Part shown: positions 10,037 to 19,093 of the stretch, one piece after another | Layout: each line of letters starts with the position of its first letter | How positions within the stretch are numbered: the stretch's first letter is position 1 | Assembly: GCF_000006765.1 (NCBI RefSeq) | Contig: NC_002516.2 | DNA: 64,000 nt | From: Pseudomonas aeruginosa PAO1 | GTDB lineage: Bacteria; Pseudomonadota; Gammaproteobacteria; Pseudomonadales; Pseudomonadaceae | Strand: one strand, 5' to 3' | The notes under the pieces: generated by a model | What the model saw: the letters and a program-made list of their open reading frames with translations, nothing else | Databases searched by the model: none | What the model was told of the DNA's origin: nothing | Position numbers and translations under genes: made by a program

Positions 10037-10792
10037 TCAGCCTGGCGGCAGCACCAGGCTGACCTCGCCGAGCCGGGCGCCGGACGGCCCGAAGCTGCGC
10101 TCGATCATCTCCCGCGTGCCGTCGGCGTGTACCCGTACGACGCTGCTGGCGCGAGTGCCGTAGCTCGGGCTGGCGATGAACACGCTGGAGAGCAGGCGTT
10201 CCGTGGCCAGACCCACGCCGGTATCCGGCAACTGGCCGTCGGCGGCCGGCGCTGCGTCGGCCAGCAGCTCCAGCAGGGCCTGCGGATGCGGCTCGGCAAG
10301 CCGCTCGGCGAGGGCGGCGCGAGCCTTGAGCAGCTTCGGCCAGGGCGTATCGAGGGCCGCGTTGGACAGCCCGTAGATCCCCGCCGGCAGCAGGCGCGGT
10401 GGCCCTACGCGGGGGTTGTAGTGCCAGAGCTGATGGCGATCGCCAATGAGCAGGTTGAAGCCGGAATAGTCCGCGGCGCGCCCGGCGACCTGCGCCAGGT
10501 AGTCGGCCGGGTTGCCGCCGCCGCGCAGGAAGTCCGCCACCAGTTCGCCACGGGAGCGCTTGCCGAGAGCCTGCGACGGATCGCGGACGTTGGTCAGGGC
10601 GGCGAAACGGCCGGCCGGGCCGAGCCCCAGCCAGGTGCCGCCGGCCTCCAGGTCGCGTCCGGCGAATACCCCCTCGGCGTCCTCCCAGGCCGCCAGCGGC
10701 AGGCTCGGGCGGGCATAGAATTCGTCACGGTTGGCGGCGACCAGCAGCGGCAGGGCGTGCCCCGGTTGCCAGGCGAAGACGATCAGGCACAT
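10037..10792 (-). CDS. NRDE/TANGO2-family protein
   Basis: Starts MCLIVFAW, with ANRDEFYARP, GGTWLG, SNAALDTPWPK and YGTRASS family motifs. Confidence 0.9.
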   Translation of the reverse strand: MCLIVFAWQPGHALPLLVAANRDEFYARPSLPLAAWEDAEGVFAGRDLEAGGTWLGLGPAGRFAALTNVRDPSQALGKRSRGELVADFLRGGGNPADYLAQVAGRAADYSGFNLLIGDRHQLWHYNPRVGPPRLLPAGIYGLSNAALDTPWPKLLKARAALAERLAEPHPQALLELLADAAPAADGQLPDTGVGLATERLLSSVFIASPSYGTRASSVVRVHADGTREMIERSFGPSGARLGEVSLVLPPG

Positions 10793-10913
10793 GCGCGATC
10801 CTTGGGATGGGCTGGCCGTCAGGCTAAAGGCATCCGCCATCGCCGTTCAAGCACGACGCCTGCCGCACGGCGCGCAATTCCGTTACCATGCCGGCTTTCC
10901 AACGGGGGCGTGC

Positions 10914-11717
10914 ATGGAGTTTCTCCTCTATATCGTGCTGGGCGCCTGTGCCGGCGTGCTGGCCGGACTGTTCGGCGTCGGCGGCGGCCTGATCATCGTC
11001 CCGGCGCTGGTCTTCAGCTTCACCGCGCACGGTTTCGGCGGCGACGTCCTGACCCAGATGGCGGTCGGCACCTCCCTGGCGACCATCGTCTTCACTTCGA
11101 TCAATTCCATTCTCGAACACCATCGGCGCGGCGCGGTGCGCTGGCCGGTGTTCGCCTGGATGACCCTCGGCATCCTCATCGGCAGTGCCCTCGGCGCGCT
11201 GACCGCGGCGCAGATCAAGGGGCCGCTGTTGCAGAAGATAATCGGGGTGTTCGCCATCCTGGTCGCTTTGCAGATGGTTCTCGACCTCAAGCCCAAGGGT
11301 AGCCGCGAGGTGCCCGGCAAGGGCGGCCTGACCCTGGCCGGCGCGGTGATCGGCTGGGCCTCGGCGATCTTCGGCATCGGCGGCGGTTCGCTGACCGTGC
11401 CTTTCCTCAGTTGGCGCAGCGTGCCGATGCAGCAGGCGGTGGCGACTTCCTCGGCCTGCGGCCTTCCTATCGCCATTTCCGGCGCTCTGTCGTTCATCGC
11501 GGTCGGCTGGCACAACCCGCAGTTGCCGGAGTGGAGCCTGGGCTACGTCTATCTGCCGGCGTTGGTCGGCATCGCCGCCACCAGTATGCTGTTCGCCCGC
11601 TTCGGCGCGCGCCTGGCGCATCGTTTGTCGCCGCGCGTACTCAAGCGACTGTTCGCCCTGCTGCTGTTCAGCGTGGGCATAAGTTTCCTGACCCCCGATC
11701 TCGCTTTTCTGTCGTAG
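10914..11717 (+). CDS. TauE/SafE (sulfite exporter family) membrane protein
   Basis: Two internal repeats GLFGVGGG..VP and IFGIGGGSLTVP with A.GTS/AVATS motifs; start taken at ATG 10914. Confidence 0.88.
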   Translation: MEFLLYIVLGACAGVLAGLFGVGGGLIIVPALVFSFTAHGFGGDVLTQMAVGTSLATIVFTSINSILEHHRRGAVRWPVFAWMTLGILIGSALGALTAAQIKGPLLQKIIGVFAILVALQMVLDLKPKGSREVPGKGGLTLAGAVIGWASAIFGIGGGSLTVPFLSWRSVPMQQAVATSSACGLPIAISGALSFIAVGWHNPQLPEWSLGYVYLPALVGIAATSMLFARFGARLAHRLSPRVLKRLFALLLFSVGISFLTPDLAFLS

Positions 11718-11726
11718 GAGTTATCG

Positions 11727-12527
11727 ATGCTGACGTATCCCCAGATCGATCCGGTTGCGCTGGCCATCGGCCCGCTGAAGATCCACTGGTACGGGCTGAT
11801 GTACCTGATCGGGATCGGCGGCGCCTGGCTGCTGGCGTCGCGCCGGATGAAGCGCTTCGACCCGACCTGGACCAAGGAGCGCCTTTCCGACCTGGTCTTC
11901 TGGGTCGCCTGCGGCGTGATCCTCGGTGGCCGCCTGGGCTACGTGCTGTTCTACAACCTGGACGAGTACATCGCCAACCCGACGCTGATCTTCGAGGTCT
12001 GGAAAGGCGGCATGTCCTTCCATGGCGGCCTGCTCGGCGTGATGCTGGCGGTCTGGTGGTTCGGCAAGCGCCATGGCAAGAGCTTCTTCCAGCTGATGGA
12101 CTTCATCGCCCCGCTGGTGCCCATCGGCCTGGGCGCCGGGCGCATCGGCAACTTCATCAACTCGGAACTGTGGGGCAAGGTCAGCGATGTGCCCTGGGCC
12201 ATGGTCTTCCCCAACGGCGGCCCGCTGCCGCGGCATCCCTCGCAGCTGTACCAGTTCGCCCTGGAAGGCGTGGCGCTGTTCGTCATCCTCTGGCTGTTCA
12301 CCCGCAAGCCACGGCCGACCGCCTCGGTCTCCGGCCTGTTCGTGCTGTGCTACGGGATCTTCCGCTTCGTCGTCGAATTCGTCCGCGTGCCGGATGCCCA
12401 GCTCGGCTACCTCGCCTGGGGTTGGCTGACCATGGGCCAGGTGCTCTGCGTACCGATGGTGCTGGCCGGCATTGCCCTGATGGTCTGGGCCTACCGCCGC
12501 GACGCGGCGCAGCCGAAGGCGGCCTGA
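11727..12527 (+). CDS. lgt: Prolipoprotein diacylglyceryl transferase
   Basis: [34 protein letters not shown] and HPSQLY motifs. Confidence 0.97.
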   Translation: MLTYPQIDPVALAIGPLKIHWYGLMYLIGIGGAWLLASRRMKRFDPTWTKERLSDLVFWVACGVILGGRLGYVLFYNLDEYIANPTLIFEVWKGGMSFHGGLLGVMLAVWWFGKRHGKSFFQLMDFIAPLVPIGLGAGRIGNFINSELWGKVSDVPWAMVFPNGGPLPRHPSQLYQFALEGVALFVILWLFTRKPRPTASVSGLFVLCYGIFRFVVEFVRVPDAQLGYLAWGWLTMGQVLCVPMVLAGIALMVWAYRRDAAQPKAA

Positions 12528-12546
12528 GCCGCTTTTCGTGCCCGGG

Positions 12547-12573
12547 GCGGATAACGTCGCAGGCGTCATCCGC
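12547..12573 (+). repeat. Degenerate REP-like palindrome between lgt and thyA
   Basis: GCGGATAACG-N7-CGTCATCCGC; same core as the copies at 23905-23988 and 26183-26214, but without the GTAG. Confidence 0.55.
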
Positions 12574-12732
12574 TCCGGGCAGCCGGCTTTCCGCTCCAGG
12601 GCGTGCATGGCTTGCGCCGGTCGCGCCGAACTGGCGATGCAGGCTCCGTCGCCGTAGACTTGGCCATCCTTCTGTCATCCCTCGGTGGGAGCCGCCACGT
12701 CGGCGCCGCACCGATATCGATCCGAGCCTCCG

Positions 12733-13527
12733 ATGAAACAGTACCTCGACCTGATGCGCCACGTGCGCGAGCACGGCACCTTCAAGAGCGACCGCACCGG
12801 CACCGGCACCTATAGCGTGTTCGGCCACCAGATGCGCTTCGACCTGGCCGCGGGCTTCCCCCTGGTGACCACCAAGAAGTGCCACCTCAAGTCGATCGTC
12901 CACGAGCTGCTGTGGTTCCTCAAGGGCTCCACCAATATCGCCTACCTCAAGGAGCACGGCGTCTCGATCTGGGACGAATGGGCCGACGAGAACGGCGACC
13001 TCGGCCCGGTGTATGGCTACCAGTGGCGCTCCTGGCCGGCGCCGGACGGCCGCCACATCGACCAGATCGCCAACCTGATGGCGATGCTGAAGAAGAATCC
13101 GGACTCGCGCCGGCTGATCGTCTCCGCCTGGAACCCGGCGCTGATCGACGAGATGGCCCTGCCGCCCTGCCACGCGCTGTTCCAGTTCTACGTCGCCGAC
13201 GGCAAGCTCAGCTGCCAGCTCTACCAACGTTCGGCGGACATCTTCCTCGGCGTACCCTTCAATATCGCCAGCTATGCCCTGCTGACCCTGATGGTGGCGC
13301 AGGTCGCCGGCCTGCAGCCGGGCGAGTTCATCTGGACCGGCGGCGATTGCCACCTGTACGCCAACCACCTGGAGCAGGCCGACCTGCAGCTGACCCGCGA
13401 GCCGCTGCCGTTGCCGAGCATGAAGCTGAATCCCGAGGTGAAGGATCTGTTCGACTTTCGCTTCGAGGACTTCGAGCTGGTCGGCTACGAGGCCCATCCG
13501 CACATCAAGGCACCGGTCGCGGTCTGA
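12733..13527 (+). CDS. thyA: Thymidylate synthase
   Basis: MKQYLDL start, DRTGTGT, catalytic [23 protein letters not shown]. Confidence 0.98.
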
Positions 13528-13534
13528 CCCTTCG

Positions 13535-13553
13535 GCGGAGCCGTCGGCTCCGC
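13535..13553. terminator. Hairpin between convergent thyA and the FkbM gene
   Basis: GCGGAGCC-gtc-GGCTCCGC, 8-bp stem with no clear U-tract. Confidence 0.4.
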
Positions 13554-14351
13554 TCAACCGAACAGGCGACGGTACCAGGGAAGCGCGCGCCAGTCCCGCA
13601 AAGCCCGCTCCGCATCTTCTGCGCGTTGCAGCGCCTGTTCCAGGGCCTGCTCCAGCGGAGCGACCGGATGGCTCATGGCATGGCCATGGCAGAGCTGGAA
13701 GTCGTCCAGCAGGTTCGGCGGTAGCGCGAAGGCGCCTTCCAGGCGTGCCTGTTCCTCCGCCAGGTAATAGCCGTTGAGGCCGTCGAAGTGGACGAAACGG
13801 TAGCCCGCGGCGAGCAGCGGCGCTTTCCACTCGGGGTCGTGGTCGAATGGAGTTTCCGCGAGGATCAGCCACGGGCGCCAGCGGTTCAGGTCGAGGCCGC
13901 GGAGCACCGCGCCTTCCAGCCCTTCGACGTCGATCTTGAGGAAGTGGATCGGCCCTTCGACATGGGCCGCGCAGATCGCGTCCAGGGTGCTGACCTTCAC
14001 TTCGCGCGGGGTGGCCGTGCAGCCCTCGGCCTGGCGCTGGCGGGCTAGCTCGGGGTCCAGGGTGGAGAGACCCGAGGCGGCCATCTCGTAGAGCGTGGCG
14101 CGGCCTTCGCGCTCGCCAATGGCGAGGTTCAGGTTGAGGTCTTCCGGCCGTTCCCGCTCCAGCTCGCGGTGCAGGTGGGGCAGCGGTTCGATGTTGATGC
14201 CGCGCCAGCCGCGCTCGTAGAACGCCAGGGTGACCGAGTCGATCCGCGGGTGGTTGGCGCCGACGTCGATGTAGAACCCCCTGGGGAAGAGTTTCAGGGC
14301 CCGCCAGAGTCGGACGTCTTCCAGGTTCTGCGCGTAGGAAACGAAGGGCAT
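13554..14351 (-). CDS. FkbM-family SAM-dependent methyltransferase with a short C-terminal coiled coil
   Basis: SYAQNLED, IDVGAN, INIEP and LKIDVEG motifs. Confidence 0.88.
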   Translation of the reverse strand: MPFVSYAQNLEDVRLWRALKLFPRGFYIDVGANHPRIDSVTLAFYERGWRGINIEPLPHLHRELERERPEDLNLNLAIGEREGRATLYEMAASGLSTLDPELARQRQAEGCTATPREVKVSTLDAICAAHVEGPIHFLKIDVEGLEGAVLRGLDLNRWRPWLILAETPFDHDPEWKAPLLAAGYRFVHFDGLNGYYLAEEQARLEGAFALPPNLLDDFQLCHGHAMSHPVAPLEQALEQALQRAEDAERALRDWRALPWYRRLFG

Positions 14352-14385
14352 GGGCCTACCTCTTGGGCGATCGTCGCCCAGTCTG

Positions 14386-15765
14386 TCATTCCCCGCGCCC
14401 GCTCTCCAGCAATTCGGCCAGCGCGTCGATCTGTTCCTGGCGGTCGCTGCCGCCCACCCGCCTGCCGTTCAGCGACGACCACTCCGGATGCGCGCGCGCC
14501 TTGCGCAGCGCTTCCGGCAGCTTGCCTTCGCGCCACTGCTTGTCCTCCGGGGTTTCCAGGCGGATCGCCTCGACCGCCGCGTGGCCGCGCGTTTGCAGGG
14601 CTGCCAGGAGCTGCCGTTGGCGCAGCGCGAGCAAGCGCAGCACGGCGTCGTTGACAGTCAGCTCGCGGGCGCCCTTGAGCTTGCCGAGCAGGCGCGAGCC
14701 GTAGTGGCCGACGGTCTGCCAGGCGCCGCCGGCGAGGGCGCCGAGGGCGGCGGCGGCGCCAAGGGTGACGCCGCCCACCAGCAGGTCGATGCCGGCGCCG
14801 GCCGCGGCACCGGCCGCAACCCCGCCGCCGAGGCGGATACCGAGTTGGCGCAGGGTCTCCGGATTGAACAGATCGTCGCCCCAGCGGCCGTCGAGCAGCG
14901 GCAGGTCGGCGGCGCGGGCGTCGTCCCTGGCGAAGGCGTAGAGCCGCAGCAACGCTTCCACGCAGGCCTGCTCGCGCTTGCGCACCTGCTGGTGCAGGTC
15001 GCGGGTGGCTTCCTGCACGGCGCTTTCGCCGCCGGGCACCAGGCGCCGGCAGGCGGCGACGTCGACCAGCAATTCGGCGATCAGCCGTTGCCCGGCGCGC
15101 AGGCGCGCGGCGGCCTGGGTCTCATGGTCGGCGATCAGCCGGTCGAGTTGCGGCCGGGCGCGCTCCAGCAGCAGCGCCAGGCTCTCGTAGAGGCGCCGTT
15201 CGCCGTCCAGCGGCGGCGCCACGCTGTCGAAACGCACCAGGGCGTGCAGGCCCAGGCGAGCGAGGGCGGCGCGCCACTCTTCCTCGCGATGCTGCGGGCT
15301 GGCGACGAAGTTCAGCACCGGCAGCAGCGGCCGGCCGCAGCCGGTGAGCACCGCCAGTTCGTCGCGATACTTGGCCAGCACCGGTTCGCGGGCGTCGATC
15401 ACGTAGAGCCCGGCGTCGGAGGCGAGCAACTGGCGGACCACCTTGGCTTCCTGTTCGAAACGCCCGCGCGCTTCGTTGCTGTCCAGCAACCGCGCCATGC
15501 GTTCCGGGCCATCGAGACGCTCGCCGGGGCGCTCCAGGGCGTCCAGGTAGTCGAGCAGGGCGATGGCGTCTTCCAGGCCGGGCGTGTCGTAGAGTTCCAG
15601 CAGCGCTTCGCCGTCCACCGACAGCCTGGCGCCCTCGACGTGGCGGGTGGTGCTGGGGCGATGGGAGACTTCGCCGAATCCACGGTCGCGAGTCAGGGTG
15701 CGCAGCAGCGAGGTCTTGCCGGTATTGGTGTGGCCGACCACGGCCAGGATCAGCGGCTCAGTCAT
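14386..15765 (-). CDS. P-loop GTPase with C-terminal DUF3482 (hydrophobic Gly/Ala hairpin)
   Basis: G1 GHTNTGKTS, G2 STT, G3 DTPG; Gly/Ala-rich segment GGGVAAGAAAGAGIDLLVGG. ATG 15765 overlaps the upstream stop. Confidence 0.85.
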   Translation of the reverse strand: MTEPLILAVVGHTNTGKTSLLRTLTRDRGFGEVSHRPSTTRHVEGARLSVDGEALLELYDTPGLEDAIALLDYLDALERPGERLDGPERMARLLDSNEARGRFEQEAKVVRQLLASDAGLYVIDAREPVLAKYRDELAVLTGCGRPLLPVLNFVASPQHREEEWRAALARLGLHALVRFDSVAPPLDGERRLYESLALLLERARPQLDRLIADHETQAAARLRAGQRLIAELLVDVAACRRLVPGGESAVQEATRDLHQQVRKREQACVEALLRLYAFARDDARAADLPLLDGRWGDDLFNPETLRQLGIRLGGGVAAGAAAGAGIDLLVGGVTLGAAAALGALAGGAWQTVGHYGSRLLGKLKGARELTVNDAVLRLLALRQRQLLAALQTRGHAAVEAIRLETPEDKQWREGKLPEALRKARAHPEWSSLNGRRVGGSDRQEQIDALAELLESGRGE

Positions 15766-17143
15766 GGCCGGTCTCCAGCCAGGCCAGCGGCGAGGTCTCG
15801 CCGTGCGGCAGTTGCAGGCGTTCCAGGGCGGCGTGCCAGTCACCCAGGCGGTCGCTGTCGAGCGCTTCGCCGGGCGGAGCCTGGAGCAGCCAGATGCGGG
15901 TGCTGGCGGCGCAGCGGGCGAGTTCGCCGAGCAGTGCCAGGGTGCCGCGGTCCGGCGAGCGACGCGGGTCGCAGGCGATGGCCAGGCGCGCCGGCGGGTA
16001 GCGGGTCAGTTGTTCGAGCAGGCGACGGCGCTGCTGGCCGTCGTCGAGGATGCCGGCGTCGGCGACGCCTTCGGCGAGCTTCGGCGGCCAGGGCCGGCGA
16101 TCGTCCAGCTCCACCGCCACCAGCACCGCTCCGGCGGCTTCCTGGCCGGACTGGCCGCCCTGCGGCTCCGGCAGCCAGTCCGGTGCCGCGTCGCTGACGC
16201 CGAGGCGTTCGCTGGCCGGCATCAAGCGTTCGCGCAGCAGGCTGTAGCCTGGGTCGTCGAGGTCCAGGTCGAGGTGGGCCAGGCCGCGTTTCCAGCGCCA
16301 CAGGCAGAGCAGACCGAGCAGCGCGCGCGGCAGGACCCCATAGACCAGCAGTACGCCTACCAGCCAGCCGGCCCAGGCGTGCCGTGCGGCTTCGCTGGCC
16401 AGGGCGGCGTCGCCGCTGGCGCGGATCAGCTCGGCGTCCGGCAACGGGAAGCCAAGCAACGCCGGCAGGGCGCCGAGCGCCTGGGTAAGGGCGATGAAGG
16501 TATCGCTGCCGAGAATGGTGGTTTCCCAGACGAAACCGTAGCGGCGGGTCGCCAGCAGGCCGAGGAGCATGGCCAGCGCGGTCAGCAGGCCGAGCAGCCA
16601 GAGCCCGTGGACCAGCGCGCCGAGGCCCCAGCGCGCCAGCCGGCGCCGGCCGAGCAGGACCAATAGCGCCGGCGCCAGGTGCGCGGCGCGGGCATCGCGC
16701 GCCAGCTTGCCGCTGAGCCACAGCCAGAGCCGGCCGAGCGCGCCCGCGGCCTCGCCGCCGGCGAGCAGGCCGAGGGCCCAGCCGAGCAGGGTCAGCAGGT
16801 GCAGGCCGAGTAGGCTGGCCAGCGCCCAGAACACGTTGACCGGGCGCTGGCCATCGCCGAGCGCGGCGAAGGCCAGTCCGGCGCCGCTGGCCAGGGCCAG
16901 CACCAGCAGCAGGGCCAGCGCCAGCCGCGAACCCTGGCGCCAGGTCCGCAGGGCGTCGAGCAGGCCCTCGCGGCGGCCCAGCCAGTGGGCGCGGGTGAGA
17001 ATACGGCGCGGCAGGGAACCGCCCTGGGCCAGCGCCTGGCGAACCGCCTCGCTGTCTTCCAGCGGACCGGCCTGCTCCTCGCGCAGGCGAACGGCCTCGG
17101 TCAGCCAGAGGGCGTCGAGGCCGGGATGCGTCGTGTGACTCAA
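15758..17143 (-). CDS. DUF2868-domain membrane protein
   Basis: 461 aa; N-terminal TM cluster with F.WETT motif and a soluble alpha/beta C-terminus; overlaps the GTPase start by 8 nt. Confidence 0.8.
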   Translation of the reverse strand: MSHTTHPGLDALWLTEAVRLREEQAGPLEDSEAVRQALAQGGSLPRRILTRAHWLGRREGLLDALRTWRQGSRLALALLLVLALASGAGLAFAALGDGQRPVNVFWALASLLGLHLLTLLGWALGLLAGGEAAGALGRLWLWLSGKLARDARAAHLAPALLVLLGRRRLARWGLGALVHGLWLLGLLTALAMLLGLLATRRYGFVWETTILGSDTFIALTQALGALPALLGFPLPDAELIRASGDAALASEAARHAWAGWLVGVLLVYGVLPRALLGLLCLWRWKRGLAHLDLDLDDPGYSLLRERLMPASERLGVSDAAPDWLPEPQGGQSGQEAAGAVLVAVELDDRRPWPPKLAEGVADAGILDDGQQRRRLLEQLTRYPPARLAIACDPRRSPDRGTLALLGELARCAASTRIWLLQAPPGEALDSDRLGDWHAALERLQLPHGETSPLAWLETGHD

Positions 17144-17333
17144 GTCACCTCCTGTGTCGATTTCCCTGCCGAGCGTGAATCGTGCCCGGCCAACGGCGTC
17201 TGATCAGCGCCAAACATAGCAAAAGCGCCCCGGCGGCTCATGCTGGCTTGCCAGCCGGCTGGCGGCGGGGTGTGGGATTTTGACTGGCGCCGTGGCGAAA
17301 GCGTTCGGCGCCGGTAGCGAGAGGAACACTGAG

Positions 17334-17696
17334 ATGAAGGTAGTACGCCGATACCCCCTGGCGCTGTTGCTGGGGATGGCGGGCGCGCTGGCCGACGAGT
17401 TGCCCGATGGCTCCTTGCTGCAACGCTATGGCGTGCAGGCCGACCAGTTGCCGACCCTGGCGGCGGATCCGCCGTCGCGCAAGGAGGAGAAGGAAACGCC
17501 GTCGCGCTTCCGGGTGGAGCCGGAGCAGCCCTTGGTGACCTTTGGCGTCAAGGACCACAAGGGCATGGAACCCACTGGCAACCCGTCGATCGACGCCATG
17601 CACGAGCGCGATCGGCGGATCTGCCGGAACATCAGGCGGCAGGCACTGGAGAAAGGCAAGGCACAGCCCTTCGACGGCTACATCGAGTGTCCATGA
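17334..17696 (+). CDS. Small exported hypothetical protein (120 aa)
   Basis: GAGGA RBS; signal-peptide-like start MKVVRRYPLALLLGMAGALA; two Cys near the C-terminus. Confidence 0.7.
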   Translation: MKVVRRYPLALLLGMAGALADELPDGSLLQRYGVQADQLPTLAADPPSRKEEKETPSRFRVEPEQPLVTFGVKDHKGMEPTGNPSIDAMHERDRRICRNIRRQALEKGKAQPFDGYIECP

Positions 17697-17732
17697 GGCC
17701 GGCGCCCGCGTACGAGCGCCGGTCGGGCTGCG

Positions 17733-18884
17733 TCAGCGCTGCTCGCGCAGGCGCACGGCGACGTCCGGCTGGTCGCTGAACAGGCCGTCGATGCCGGCGT
17801 CGAGGTAGGCCCTGATCTCGCCGGCCAGGTCGCCGCGCGACTGCGGGTTGCCGTCGGCGCTGCGGAACTCCGCCGGAAGGAAGCTGTTTTCCGCGCGGAA
17901 GGTGTAGGGATGCACCTTCAGCCCGGCGGCGTGGGCGTCGCCGACGAAGCGGGTCGGCTGGCCGAGGTTGCCGTTGGCATCGCGGGGAATCACGTAGCTC
18001 TTGTCCGGACCGACCCCGTAGGCGTAGCGCGCCACCTGGCGCAGGCCCTTGGCGGTGGCCATCTCGGCGTAGGTCAGGCTGCCGCCGGCAGCCTGCTGGT
18101 CGTAGGGCTGGCCGCTGCCGTAGAGCTGCACCAGGCGGATGCCGGTGAGGCGCTTGAGTTCCTTCAGGTTGTTCACCTCGAAGGACTGGATGAATACCGG
18201 CGCGCGCGGACCGAGGTAGCCGTTGCGGTGCAGGGTCTTCACCAGCGGGCGTTCCATGGCCAGGCCGAGGCGCTGGAAGTGGGTGCCGTGCTTGATCTCG
18301 GGGTACAGGCCGATGGTGCGCTGCTGGCTGATCTGCAGGCTTTTCACCAGGTCGATGATCTCCTGCAGGGTGGGGATCTCGAAGGTGCCGTCCAGGCGCG
18401 CATTGCCCGGGCGGATCGTGGGGATGCGCTCGATGGCGCGCAGGGTCTTCAGTTCGGCGAGGGTGAAGTCTTCGCTGAACCAGCCGGTGAGTTCCACTCC
18501 GTCGACTTTCTGCGTGCGCTTGCGGTCGGCGAATTCCGGGTGCTGGGCGACATCGGTGGTCAGGCCCAGTTCGTTGTCGTGGCGGGCGACCAGCTTGCCG
18601 TCGCGGGTCATCACCAGGTCCGGCTCGACGTAGTCGGCGCCCATCATCACCGCCAGGGCGTAGGCGCCCAGGGTGTGTTCCGGTACGTAACCGCTGGCGC
18701 CCCGGTGGGCGATGACCAGCGGCGAGCGTTCGTCGCTGGCCGGGTGGCGAACGGAGGCCTGGCCCTGGGCCCAGTCGATGGCGCGTTGTACGTTGCCGGT
18801 GTCGGCGTGGGCGGCGCTGGCCAGGCCAGCGGCGAGCATCAGGCAGGCGGCGCCGAGGTGGCGGCGCAGGAAGGCTGGTTGCAT
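17733..18884 (-). CDS. glpQ: Glycerophosphodiester phosphodiesterase, exported (twin-Arg-type signal)
   Basis: IAHRGASGYVPEHT, VEPDLVMTRDG..HD, EIKH, IQSFE; ATG 18884 with GAGGA RBS and FLRRHL signal. Confidence 0.95.
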   Translation of the reverse strand: MQPAFLRRHLGAACLMLAAGLASAAHADTGNVQRAIDWAQGQASVRHPASDERSPLVIAHRGASGYVPEHTLGAYALAVMMGADYVEPDLVMTRDGKLVARHDNELGLTTDVAQHPEFADRKRTQKVDGVELTGWFSEDFTLAELKTLRAIERIPTIRPGNARLDGTFEIPTLQEIIDLVKSLQISQQRTIGLYPEIKHGTHFQRLGLAMERPLVKTLHRNGYLGPRAPVFIQSFEVNNLKELKRLTGIRLVQLYGSGQPYDQQAAGGSLTYAEMATAKGLRQVARYAYGVGPDKSYVIPRDANGNLGQPTRFVGDAHAAGLKVHPYTFRAENSFLPAEFRSADGNPQSRGDLAGEIRAYLDAGIDGLFSDQPDVAVRLREQR

Positions 18885-18963
18885 GACGGGTCCTCGTCGG
18901 CGGTTCGGGAGTGTTCCAGTCCAGCAGATTGACGCAGCCAGGTGATACTTCTTTGCCCGTTTC

Positions 18964-18981
18964 GCGACATTCCCGTGACAA
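18964..18981 (-). promoter_or_regulatory. Putative Pho box (PhoB site) upstream of glpQ
   Basis: Minus strand reads TTGTCAC-ggga-ATGTCGC: two half-sites at 11-bp periodicity resembling CTGTCAT-N4-CTGTCAY. Confidence 0.55.
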
Positions 18982-19074
18982 TCGCCGCCAGCGTGACGAC
19001 GTCGGCGTTTTCCCGGCCAATCCAACGAAAGGGGCGGACGGCCGGGGCAGGGTATAGGGTGACGGCGCTCGCAT

Positions 19075-19082
19075 AACAATAA
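19075..19082 (+). promoter_or_regulatory. Hfq/Crc A-rich motif (AANAANAA) abutting the RBS
   Basis: AACAATAA immediately followed by GAGGA and the start codon. Confidence 0.55.
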
Positions 19083-19093
19083 GAGGATCGGTG

